Assembly (NCBI GenBank): GCA_040752275.1
Contig: JBFMFH010000121.1
Span: 10,849-74,848, forward strand
DNA: 64,000 bases
Source: Acidobacteriota bacterium
GTDB lineage: Bacteria; Acidobacteriota; Vicinamibacteria; Vicinamibacterales; JAKQTR01
Reading direction: 5' to 3'
Part shown: in pieces, positions 54,712 through 62,620 of the stretch
Numbering within the stretch: position 1 is the first letter of the stretch
Layout of the letters: the number at the start of each line of letters is the position of its first letter
The notes under the pieces: generated by a model
Told to the model about the DNA's origin: nothing
Seen by the model: the letters and a program-made list of their open reading frames with translations, nothing else
The model's database searches: none
Made by a program: the position numbers and the translations under genes

Positions 54712-56386
54712 GCGCATCAGCCGGCCGTACCGCCGCCTGGCGAGCCAGATGCTGATGGTGCTACTCGCGTTCGGACTCGTTCCGCTCGTGGTGATGGGGA
54801 TCGCGGGGTTCGCCGCCCAACTCAACGCCGTCGAGACTCGGACGCGAAACGTCCTCGAGGCCATGGTCAAGAACCGCCGGGCCACCGTCGAGCTCTTCCT
54901 CGAAGAGAAGCGCCGGCAGCTGGAGTTGGTGGCGGCGGCGGCGCCCGTGAGCGAGCTGGGCAAGCCGGCGGTGATCGAAATGCTGCGGGACCAGTTGCGC
55001 AGCGAACACGGAGCGATTGTCGATCTCGGCCTTATCGACGACACCGGCCGCCATGTCGTGTATGTGGGGCCCTACAGCCTGCAGGACCTGAACTACTCGG
55101 ACCAGCCGTGGTTCGAGCAGGTCATGGTCCGCGGCCACTACGAGAGCGACATCTTCATGGGGTTCCGCCGGTTTCCGCACATGGTTATGGCGGTCAAGAA
55201 GCGCGAACAGGGGCGGGTGTGGATACTGCGGGCCACTATCGACACCGACCAGCTCAGCGACTTGGTCCGGGAGGGCGGGCTCGAGTCGGGCGCCGACGTC
55301 TTCGTGCTCAACCGCGCCGGCGAGTACCAGACGCGCTACTCGGCGGAACACCGGCTCATGGAGCGGGCAGATCTCCCGGTTCCGCCCCTCCACTCGGGCG
55401 TGCGGGTGATCGACTACGCTAAGCACGGCGCGCGCGAGTTCGTCGCCACGGCGTGGCTCCGCAATGACAACTGGGTCCTGGTGGCCCGGCAGCGCGTGCC
55501 GGGATTCCTGGCGCTTGTCGTCTCGAGCCCGATCGTCACGATCGTGTTCGTGGCGGGCCTCCTGCTCGTGCCGCCGTTGTCTCTCTTCGTGGCCCGCCGC
55601 CGCCTGAGCCAGATCCGCGGCCTCGAGCGGGAGCGGGCGGAACTCTACCAGTCGGTGGCTCAGTCCGAGAAGATGGCCACCATCGGCCGGATGGCCGCAT
55701 CGATCGCCCATGAGATCAACAATCCGTTCGCAATCATCCAGGAGCAGGTCGGAGTGTTGACCGACGGACTGGCCGACGCAGGCGGGGTACCGGACGCCGA
55801 GTTGCGCGACCGCCTCCGGAAGATCGAGGCCCAGATCCAGCGCGGCCGGGGCGTGACCCATCGGCTGCTGGGCTTCTCGCGGCGTCTGGGCCCTGGCGTC
55901 GAGCCGATTGACGTCGCCGAGGCACTCAACGAGACGCTGAACTTCTTGGCCAAGGAGGCCGAGGCCTCCAACATCCAGATCGTCCGCGACTACGACAAGG
56001 ACGCCCCGCTCATCCGCTCCAGTGTGGCGCAAATGCAGCAGGTCTTCCTGAACCTGATCAATAACGCGATCGACGCCGTCGGGCGCGATGGTGAGATCCG
56101 ACTGTCAGTGAGACGGGACGGCGATGGTGTCGCCGTCGCCGTCGCCGACAACGGTCCGGGCATCCCCGCCGCACTGCGCGACCGGGTCTTCGACCCGTTC
56201 TTCTCGACCAAGACGGGCCCGACGCACAACGCGGGTCTGGGTTTGGCCATCTGCCGCGAAACAATGTTGGCGCTTGGCGGCCGGATCGAGATCGACAGCC
56301 GGATCGAGAGAGGGACACGGTTCATTGTCTGGTTCCCGACGATACCGCCCGGTGAGACGAACCGGCTTGCGCGCGCGCATGCGTGA
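54704..56386 (+). CDS. Sensor histidine kinase with a Cache/PDC-like extracytoplasmic domain (tentative), HK-4
   Basis: The ATG at 54704 overlaps the PpsL-4 stop by 8 nt. TM1, a ~250-aa sensor (DDTGRHVVYVGPY...DQPWFEQV...VFVLNRAGEY), then TM2. H-box ASIAHEINNPFAI. VADNGPGIP. Confidence 0.85.
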   Translation: MTERISRPYRRLASQMLMVLLAFGLVPLVVMGIAGFAAQLNAVETRTRNVLEAMVKNRRATVELFLEEKRRQLELVAAAAPVSELGKPAVIEMLRDQLRSEHGAIVDLGLIDDTGRHVVYVGPYSLQDLNYSDQPWFEQVMVRGHYESDIFMGFRRFPHMVMAVKKREQGRVWILRATIDTDQLSDLVREGGLESGADVFVLNRAGEYQTRYSAEHRLMERADLPVPPLHSGVRVIDYAKHGAREFVATAWLRNDNWVLVARQRVPGFLALVVSSPIVTIVFVAGLLLVPPLSLFVARRRLSQIRGLERERAELYQSVAQSEKMATIGRMAASIAHEINNPFAIIQEQVGVLTDGLADAGGVPDAELRDRLRKIEAQIQRGRGVTHRLLGFSRRLGPGVEPIDVAEALNETLNFLAKEAEASNIQIVRDYDKDAPLIRSSVAQMQQVFLNLINNAIDAVGRDGEIRLSVRRDGDGVAVAVADNGPGIPAALRDRVFDPFFSTKTGPTHNAGLGLAICRETMLALGGRIEIDSRIERGTRFIVWFPTIPPGETNRLARAHA

Positions 56387-56426
56387 GGCGGTTTTCGAAA
56401 CAACCCGCGAGAGGTGGAGGTACGAC

Positions 56427-56813
56427 ATGGCCGATCTGAGGTTGCTCCTGGTCGATGACGAGCCGGACTTCCTCGAGCCGCTCTGCACGCGGCTGACCCG
56501 CCGGCGGGTCGCGTGCGCCACCGCCGCCAGCGGGGAGGAGGCCCTGCAGGCGCTCGCGGACAGCCGTTTCGACTGCGCAGTCGTCGACGTCAAGATGCCA
56601 GGCATGGACGGCCTCGAGCTGCTGCGTCGGATCCGGCGTGACCACCCGGGCACCCCAGTGGTGCTGCTCACGGGTCACGCCTCGGTCGAGATGGGCGTGC
56701 AGGGCATGGAGCTCGGCGCCTTCGACTACCTGCTCAAGCCCGTCGATCTCGACGAGCTGCTCGACGTCGTGCGTCGGGCCGCCGAACAGCCCCGCGAACC
56801 CGGTTTGCCGTGA
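56427..56813 (+). CDS. Receiver-only response regulator, RR-4
   Basis: MADLRLLLVDDEPDF with GGTGGAGG upstream. AVVDVKMPGMDG, DYLLKP. Its stop overlaps the PpsL-5 start (GTGA). Confidence 0.88.
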   Translation: MADLRLLLVDDEPDFLEPLCTRLTRRRVACATAASGEEALQALADSRFDCAVVDVKMPGMDGLELLRRIRRDHPGTPVVLLTGHASVEMGVQGMELGAFDYLLKPVDLDELLDVVRRAAEQPREPGLP

Positions 56814-59353
56814 CACCACGTCCGGACTCGGGCGGGACGGGCGGCCGGCTCAAGGCGGCATGGCAGGCCCTCGTCTCCCGCGCCGCGCAGGCGCCTCCCA
56901 CTGCCGACATGGCGCGGATTCGGCTGATGTACGAGCGGTTTCGCGAGATCCTGGCCGGCAATGACGCCACACTCCAGCTGATTGCCGAAATCGATGAGTG
57001 TCTCGCCGGACGGGCGGTCTTCACCCTCGAGAGCCTCGTGCGGCAGATTCACAAGGCGGAGATGCACGTCTTCGTCATGGTGAAGAACCTGAACCTGCTC
57101 TCCGGCAACGCCCACGGCGGCCTCTACGCGAGATTGCGGGAACTCTCGGCCGAGATCGCGGCGATGAGCCCCTTGTCTGGGGACGCGCCGGAGCAGGCTG
57201 AGGTCATGGCGCTCGAGGATATCCGCCTCGACCGGGCGTTGCTGGTCGGATCGAAAATCGCGCGGCTAGGCGAGGCCAGGGCGCGTGCGGGCGTCACCGT
57301 GCCCGAGGGGTTTGCGATCACCACGGCTGCGTTCTCCGCCTTCATGTCGGCGAACGGCCTCTGGGAGCGCGCGGCGCATCTCGAGGACTTGGTGCAGACC
57401 CGGGGCGACGCGTCCGCCGTGGCGCTCGCCTGCCAGGAAGTGCAGCGGGCGATTCTGGGGGCGCCCGTCCCGGAACGCATCGTCGGAACCATCACCGGCG
57501 CATTTGATCACCTCGCCGAGGGGACCGACCTGCGCGTTGCCATGCGGTCGAGCGCTGTTGGCGAGGATACCTACGTGTCACATGCGGGCCAGTACCATAC
57601 CGAGTTGGGCGTGAGGCGCGAAGGCTTGCTCGACGCGTATCGCGCGGTCATCGCCAGCGCCTATGGCCGTGCGGCCATCTTGTACCGATTCGAACACAAG
57701 ATGGGCACCCGCGAGACGGCCATGGCCGTCGGCTGCCTCCGCATGCTCGACCCCCGGTGCAGCGGCGTCATGTTCACGCGCCGGCCCGACGCGCCAGACA
57801 TCGACGCGGTGGTTGTGGCTGCGGTGCCCGGCCTCGCATCCGCCCTGGTCGCCGGCGAGCAGGACGCACACGTCTGGATCACCGGGGACGATCCCCGGAC
57901 ACCGGCGAGCACGCTGCTCACACCGGACGACCTCTCCGGTCTGTCTGCCATCGCACGCCGCCTCGAATCGTGTCTCGGCGGGCCGCAGGAAGTGGAGTGG
58001 GCCATCGAACGGGCAGGCCCAATCGTCGTCGTCCAGAGCCGCGCGCTCATCGCGACGCAGCGCACGCCCGTTCAGGACACGCCCATCAGCGACGAACCGC
58101 CGCTCCTGGCCGGCGGGCTGACCGCGTGCCCCGGTGTTGGGGCGGGACGCGTGGTGCAGGTGGCGCGAGAGGATGATCTCGATGCGTTTCCTGACCGGGG
58201 CGTGCTCGTCGCCCGGCAGGCGCTCCCGATGTACTCGCGGATCTTGTCTCGGTGCGCCGCCATCGTTACGGACATCGGATCGCCGGCGGGGCACATGGCC
58301 AGCCTGGCCCGCGAGTACGGCGTTCCGGCTCTCGTCGGCTGCGGGGAGGCCACGTCGGTGCTGCTGGCGGGAATGCCGGTCACCGTGGACGCCACGCGGG
58401 CACAGGTGTTCTCCGGATTGCTGGCCGCGTCGGAGTCCGCGCCGGCGCGCCCGGCGCCTGCGGCAGACGCGCCGGCCGTTCAGGCGCTCAGACGGATCGC
58501 CCGCCTGATCACCCCGCTCTCGCTCACCGATCCCGCCAATCCGGTTTTCCGCCCCGCGTCCTGCCAGTCACTGCACGACATCGCGCGCTATGTGCACGAG
58601 AAGACCTTTGAGGTTGTGTTCCACTGGGGCGATGTGAACTGGGGCGATACGCGCCATGCCCGCCGGTTGCAGGTGCATCTGCCGTTGACGATCGATGTCA
58701 TCGACGTCGGGGGCGGGATCAGAGACGCCGGCGCGCGCCGCGATGACGAGCCGCACGCAGGGCCGGCGGCGGGAAGCGCCGGCGCGCCGGGCATCGGTGT
58801 CGAGGATGTGCTCTCAGTGCCCTTCCGCGCGCTGCTCTCCGGCATGCTGGACGCGCGCATCCGGTGGGATCGGCCCCGGCCGCTGTCGGCCCGCGGGTTT
58901 CTGGCCGTGGTTGGGGAACGGATGGCCGGTTTGCCCGGCGAAGCGCTCGGGGTGGGCGGTGCGTCCTACGCTATCGTGTCGGATCGGTACCTGAACTTCT
59001 CGACCAAGGCCGGCTATCACTTCGCCACCATCGACACCTACTGCGGGCACAGCGTCAACAAGAACTACATCCACTTCCGTTTCGCGGGCGGCGCCGCGGA
59101 CGGCGCCCGTCGAGAGCGGCGGGTGCGCTTGATCGCCAGTGTCCTTGCCAGCCTCGATTTCAAAGTGCAGACGCGAGGCGACCTCCTGGTGGCTCGGCTG
59201 GGTCAGTTCGACCAGGCGACGCTGCTCGCGAGACTGGAGGACATGGGTCGGCTCTGCATGTGCACGCGTCAGCTCGACATGCTGATGGACACGGAAGGCA
59301 GCCCCGAGTTCTTCGCCCGGGCGTTTCTCGCCGGCCAGCTCGATCGCTTCTGA
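56810..59353 (+). CDS. Atypical PpsA-like protein PpsL-5
   Basis: VGSKIARLGEA..VPEGFAI, AMRSSAVGEDTYVSHAGQY, and swivel TDIGSPAGHMASLAREYGVPAL with the His codon at 58292-58294. Shares the N- and C-domain motifs. Confidence 0.8.
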   Translation: MTPRPDSGGTGGRLKAAWQALVSRAAQAPPTADMARIRLMYERFREILAGNDATLQLIAEIDECLAGRAVFTLESLVRQIHKAEMHVFVMVKNLNLLSGNAHGGLYARLRELSAEIAAMSPLSGDAPEQAEVMALEDIRLDRALLVGSKIARLGEARARAGVTVPEGFAITTAAFSAFMSANGLWERAAHLEDLVQTRGDASAVALACQEVQRAILGAPVPERIVGTITGAFDHLAEGTDLRVAMRSSAVGEDTYVSHAGQYHTELGVRREGLLDAYRAVIASAYGRAAILYRFEHKMGTRETAMAVGCLRMLDPRCSGVMFTRRPDAPDIDAVVVAAVPGLASALVAGEQDAHVWITGDDPRTPASTLLTPDDLSGLSAIARRLESCLGGPQEVEWAIERAGPIVVVQSRALIATQRTPVQDTPISDEPPLLAGGLTACPGVGAGRVVQVAREDDLDAFPDRGVLVARQALPMYSRILSRCAAIVTDIGSPAGHMASLAREYGVPALVGCGEATSVLLAGMPVTVDATRAQVFSGLLAASESAPARPAPAADAPAVQALRRIARLITPLSLTDPANPVFRPASCQSLHDIARYVHEKTFEVVFHWGDVNWGDTRHARRLQVHLPLTIDVIDVGGGIRDAGARRDDEPHAGPAAGSAGAPGIGVEDVLSVPFRALLSGMLDARIRWDRPRPLSARGFLAVVGERMAGLPGEALGVGGASYAIVSDRYLNFSTKAGYHFATIDTYCGHSVNKNYIHFRFAGGAADGARRERRVRLIASVLASLDFKVQTRGDLLVARLGQFDQATLLARLEDMGRLCMCTRQLDMLMDTEGSPEFFARAFLAGQLDRF

Positions 59354-59378
59354 GGACGGGCCCCTCTTCAGCCTATCG

Positions 59379-59690
59379 TCAGTGGGCTCCGCCCTTCTTG
59401 GCCAGCTCTGCCTGACGTGTCAGATTCATCATCCGGATGGCGCGCTTCTCTCCGCCCGCGACCCGATACGCCAGGCGCACCAGATCGCCCGGCGCGGGCA
59501 ACACCCCGATGTCGGCGCCTGCGAGAGAGAAGGCCACTTCTTCGCTGGGCGGGATCTCGTCCTTGACCACGACCGTGGCTGCGGCCTGGTCGTAGCTGAC
59601 GACGACGCCCTGCAGCACGAGGGGGCGGTCGCCGCACCCGGCGCACGCGGCCAGCGCCGCGCCGACAAGCAGGATCGTGAACAACTTCAT
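59379..59690 (-). CDS. Small lipoprotein, trio copy B
   Basis: Start MKLFTILLVGAALAACAGC (lipobox LAAC) at 59690 with GGGGGAGA upstream. The mature part aligns with 28095..28433. Confidence 0.7.
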   Translation of the reverse strand: MKLFTILLVGAALAACAGCGDRPLVLQGVVVSYDQAAATVVVKDEIPPSEEVAFSLAGADIGVLPAPGDLVRLAYRVAGGEKRAIRMMNLTRQAELAKKGGAH

Positions 59691-59802
59691 CGTCTCCCCC
59701 TGGACGTCTCGAAAGCCGACGGTGTTTGCAGATGAGTCAAGGTTCTCTGCGGCCTTCAAGACGTCTCGCCCCGCCGGAGGCAGGGCAACACCAACACTGT
59801 GA

Positions 59803-59860
59803 TCTAGCGAGGCGGAGCCCGCAAGCACATGCTTCCGGTCCGAGGCGGAGCCTCGCTAGA
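59803..59860. other. 11-bp perfect inverted repeat (TCTAGCGAGGC ... GCCTCGCTAGA) with an internal GAGGCGGAGCC direct repeat, spanning the TauE-4 stop codon
   Basis: Read directly: left arm 59803-59813, right arm 59850-59860, GAGGCGGAGCC at 59809-59819 and 59842-59852. The corresponding spacer in trio copy A is only 26 bp and lacks this element. Confidence 0.6.
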
Positions 59861-60887
59861 GGTTCAGGCTCATGCCGGCGCGCCTGGCGGCGCGCTCGTG
59901 CCGGACACCCTTGACGAGCCAGCCGATGATGACCAGCGAAATCGCGCCGCCGGCCGTCAGAATGGTGATCGACGACGCCAGTTGCAGGCTGAGCTGTTTG
60001 AGGACGACCGATGCGCAGGCGATGAAGATGGTGACCGCAAACAGCAACCGAATCGAATAGCCTTTGACGTACTTGACCGCCACGGTGCCGAGCTGGGCCC
60101 CGACGCTGGCGCCGAGCAGCATCCACATCGCGGCCAGGAGGTCGACGCGTCCCTTGATTCCGTAGGTGAACGCTCCGTACGCGCCGGTGATCATAACCTC
60201 GAAGAGGTCCGTGCCGACCGCAACAGCCGTCGGACAACCGATCAGGTAGATGAGGGCCGGCATGCGGATGAACCCGCCGCCGACGCCGAGCACTGCAGCG
60301 ACGATGCCAGTGGTGAGCCCGACGAGGATCGGCAGCCACAGCGAGCACGTCATGCCGGAGGCCGGGAAGTGGATCATTGGCGGGATGCGCATCCGCTGGA
60401 GGCGCCGGGCGAAGGTCTCGGGCTCGGCCGGCACGCCGTCTGAGATCTCCTGGTAGCGCCGCCGGCGCGTGTGGTTGATGTAGTCGTAGAGCACGTACGA
60501 CCCGATAAAGGTCAGGAAGACGATGTAGGCGATTCGGATGTAGGACTCGGCCAGGCCCGCCCGCTCGAGCGCCATCACCAGCGTCGCCCCGAGTTCCATC
60601 CCGACGGTAGTCCCGATGATCATGGACACACCGAGCTTGATATCGACGTTGCCGAACTTACCGTGCCGGATGGTCGAGACAATCGACTTGCCGCCCATAT
60701 GAGCCAGGTCGGTCCCGATGGCATACGGCATCGGGAAGCCGAAGATGTTGAGCGCGGGCGTCACGATCCAGGCGCCGCCGATGCCAAAGAACCCGCCGCA
60801 GACCCCGACCGTGAAGCCGATGAGCAGAAGGATGAGGACGTTGAAATCGAGACCTGCAATCGGCAGGTAGACGTTCAAGAAGTCCAT
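59856..60887 (-). CDS. TauE/SafE (TSUP) permease, long subfamily, trio copy B
   Basis: 343 aa. GGFFGIGGAWIVTPALNIFGFP and AVLGVGGGFIRMPALIYLIG. Colinear with 28460..29485. Confidence 0.85.
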   Translation of the reverse strand: MDFLNVYLPIAGLDFNVLILLLIGFTVGVCGGFFGIGGAWIVTPALNIFGFPMPYAIGTDLAHMGGKSIVSTIRHGKFGNVDIKLGVSMIIGTTVGMELGATLVMALERAGLAESYIRIAYIVFLTFIGSYVLYDYINHTRRRRYQEISDGVPAEPETFARRLQRMRIPPMIHFPASGMTCSLWLPILVGLTTGIVAAVLGVGGGFIRMPALIYLIGCPTAVAVGTDLFEVMITGAYGAFTYGIKGRVDLLAAMWMLLGASVGAQLGTVAVKYVKGYSIRLLFAVTIFIACASVVLKQLSLQLASSITILTAGGAISLVIIGWLVKGVRHERAARRAGMSLNL

Positions 60888-60914
60888 GTGGAACGCTCCC
60901 CCTCGTGTCCGCCG

Positions 60915-61238
60915 CTACTCGTGGTGTGCGATCCGGCCGAGGTTGATGCCAAGCAGGCCGACGAGCCTGTCGGTGACCAGGCCGAGGATGAGCCCCATCG
61001 CCACCATGGTGACGACGACGAGCGCGCCGAACCACCACAGGTTGGTGTTGTAGACGTCGGCGATCCACCGGCCCAGGCCGGGGTCCATGGCGCGCGTGTC
61101 GGCCACGTTGACGAGCTTCGTCGCCGGCTTGGCCGGAGCAGCCAGCACCGCGCCGGACGCCAGGATCCACGCGAACCAGGCGCCCGTCAGGGTCCGGCGC
61201 CACGCGGGCGACCCTCTCTGTGTGTCCCTCGTGTTCAT
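60915..61238 (-). CDS. Small signal-peptide plus C-terminal-TM protein, trio copy B
   Basis: Start MNTRDTQRGSPAW at 61238 overlaps the RR-5 stop (ATGA). Has KLVNVADTR and a C-terminal TM helix, as in 29507..29812. Confidence 0.6.
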   Translation of the reverse strand: MNTRDTQRGSPAWRRTLTGAWFAWILASGAVLAAPAKPATKLVNVADTRAMDPGLGRWIADVYNTNLWWFGALVVVTMVAMGLILGLVTDRLVGLLGINLGRIAHHE

Positions 61239-61672
61239 GATCCAGCTCCCTCTCTCGTTCCGTTGGCGTGCGCATCGCCGGAGGCCGGATGCCCGACCGC
61301 CGTGACGATCGCGGCGCACAGCGTGTCGATGTCCGCGGGCTTCTGCAGGAAGTCTGCCGCCCCGATCTGCATCCCGTCGATGCCGCTTTCCACCGTCCCA
61401 TGGCCGGTCAGTACGATCACACGCACGGATGGTGTGCGCCGCCGCACCCGGCGCAACGTCTCCAGCCCGTCGGTGCCAGGCATCTTCAGGTCAAGGACCA
61501 ACACGTCCGCCTCGCCGGCTTCGGCGCGGCGGACTGCGTCCTCTCCGGTGAACACGGCGTCAGCGGTAAAGCCTCGCCGCTGGAGCCGTGACGCCAGCGC
61601 CGTGGCGAAGTCGACTTCGTCGTCCACCACGAGCACTCTGATCGGTGCGAACGCGGGGTCCGAGACCGCCAC
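61235..61672 (-). CDS. Receiver-only response regulator, RR-5
   Basis: GTG start with AGGAGG upstream. IRVLVVDDE, LVLDLKMPGTDG, DFLQKP. No output domain. Confidence 0.85.
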   Translation of the reverse strand: MAVSDPAFAPIRVLVVDDEVDFATALASRLQRRGFTADAVFTGEDAVRRAEAGEADVLVLDLKMPGTDGLETLRRVRRRTPSVRVIVLTGHGTVESGIDGMQIGAADFLQKPADIDTLCAAIVTAVGHPASGDAHANGTREGAGS

Positions 61673-61765
61673 TCGCCCTCCTTCGGCACCGGCACGCCTG
61701 TCTATGGCGCGGCGGCCCTGAGCGCGACTCGTCGGGCAGAGACGTCTGGCCGACCCTTTGCCCGT

Positions 61766-62572
61766 CTATACGTCGATGTCCGGAGCCACTTCCAGGCGCA
61801 CATCGGTCACGCCCGCGACGTCGTGCACGATCGCCTCGACCTCGGTGAACTGCACGCCTGGCGACAGCCGTCCCCTGATGGTGACCGAGCCGTGGCGGGC
61901 GACGACGGCCACCTCGAGGTCAGCGGTGCGCGGCGCCCGCGCCAGCGTCGCTCGGACGCGGCTGGCCAGGACGAGGTTGTCCATCGCCGCCTGGCTTTCG
62001 ACCGTCTCGGCAAAGTACGGCATGGCCGCTGCTGACGCGATCAGGTCGCACGCGCCCGGGATGTCGATGGACGCCAGATTCACCACGACGTCGTAGAGCG
62101 AGGGATCGCCCCAGTCGACGCCGTAGAGATACTGGGTCCACTTCTGCCGGTCCTGGTCCATCTGCTGGACGTGGGCCAGCGCCTCGGCTTCGCTCAGTTT
62201 GCGGCGGTCCTGGACCGCCGCAACGCGGTAGGCCATCGACGCGATGATGCGCGTCCGCAGGACGTGGCTCACCCCGCGCAGCAGCAGGTGCCCGGCGTTG
62301 CCATGGTAGACGGCCTTGCCGTGCTGCACTTCTTCGGTCAATGCTGCCTGGATCAACGTGAGATAGACGTAGCGCTTGTGGCGGAACCGGTCCCAGAACG
62401 AGGGCGGCTTCGCCAGCGCGTCGTGGAGTTCTTCCTGCGGCACGCCGTAGGCGGCGGCCCGCTCCACGATCACGTCCCGGTCGATACACCGGTATCCCAG
62501 CTTGTCGGCCAGACACCCGCCGAGCATCTTGCCGCCGCTGAACGACCCTCTCGAGATAGTGATCACTGCCAT
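61766..62572 (-). CDS. Cytidylate-kinase-like (Cytidylate_kin2) + BON domain protein, copy 2
   Basis: 268 aa starting MAVITISRGSFSGGKML. Gapless alignment to 46472..47278, and the first ~50 nt are nearly identical at the DNA level. BON-like C-terminus EVAVVARHGSVTIRGRLSPGVQFTEVEAIVHDVAGVTDV. Confidence 0.7.
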   Translation of the reverse strand: MAVITISRGSFSGGKMLGGCLADKLGYRCIDRDVIVERAAAYGVPQEELHDALAKPPSFWDRFRHKRYVYLTLIQAALTEEVQHGKAVYHGNAGHLLLRGVSHVLRTRIIASMAYRVAAVQDRRKLSEAEALAHVQQMDQDRQKWTQYLYGVDWGDPSLYDVVVNLASIDIPGACDLIASAAAMPYFAETVESQAAMDNLVLASRVRATLARAPRTADLEVAVVARHGSVTIRGRLSPGVQFTEVEAIVHDVAGVTDVRLEVAPDIDV

Positions 62573-62620
62573 CGGTGCTGTCCTCGTTCTTCCCGCGCTC
62601 TGCCGCTCAGCGCGCCCGCA

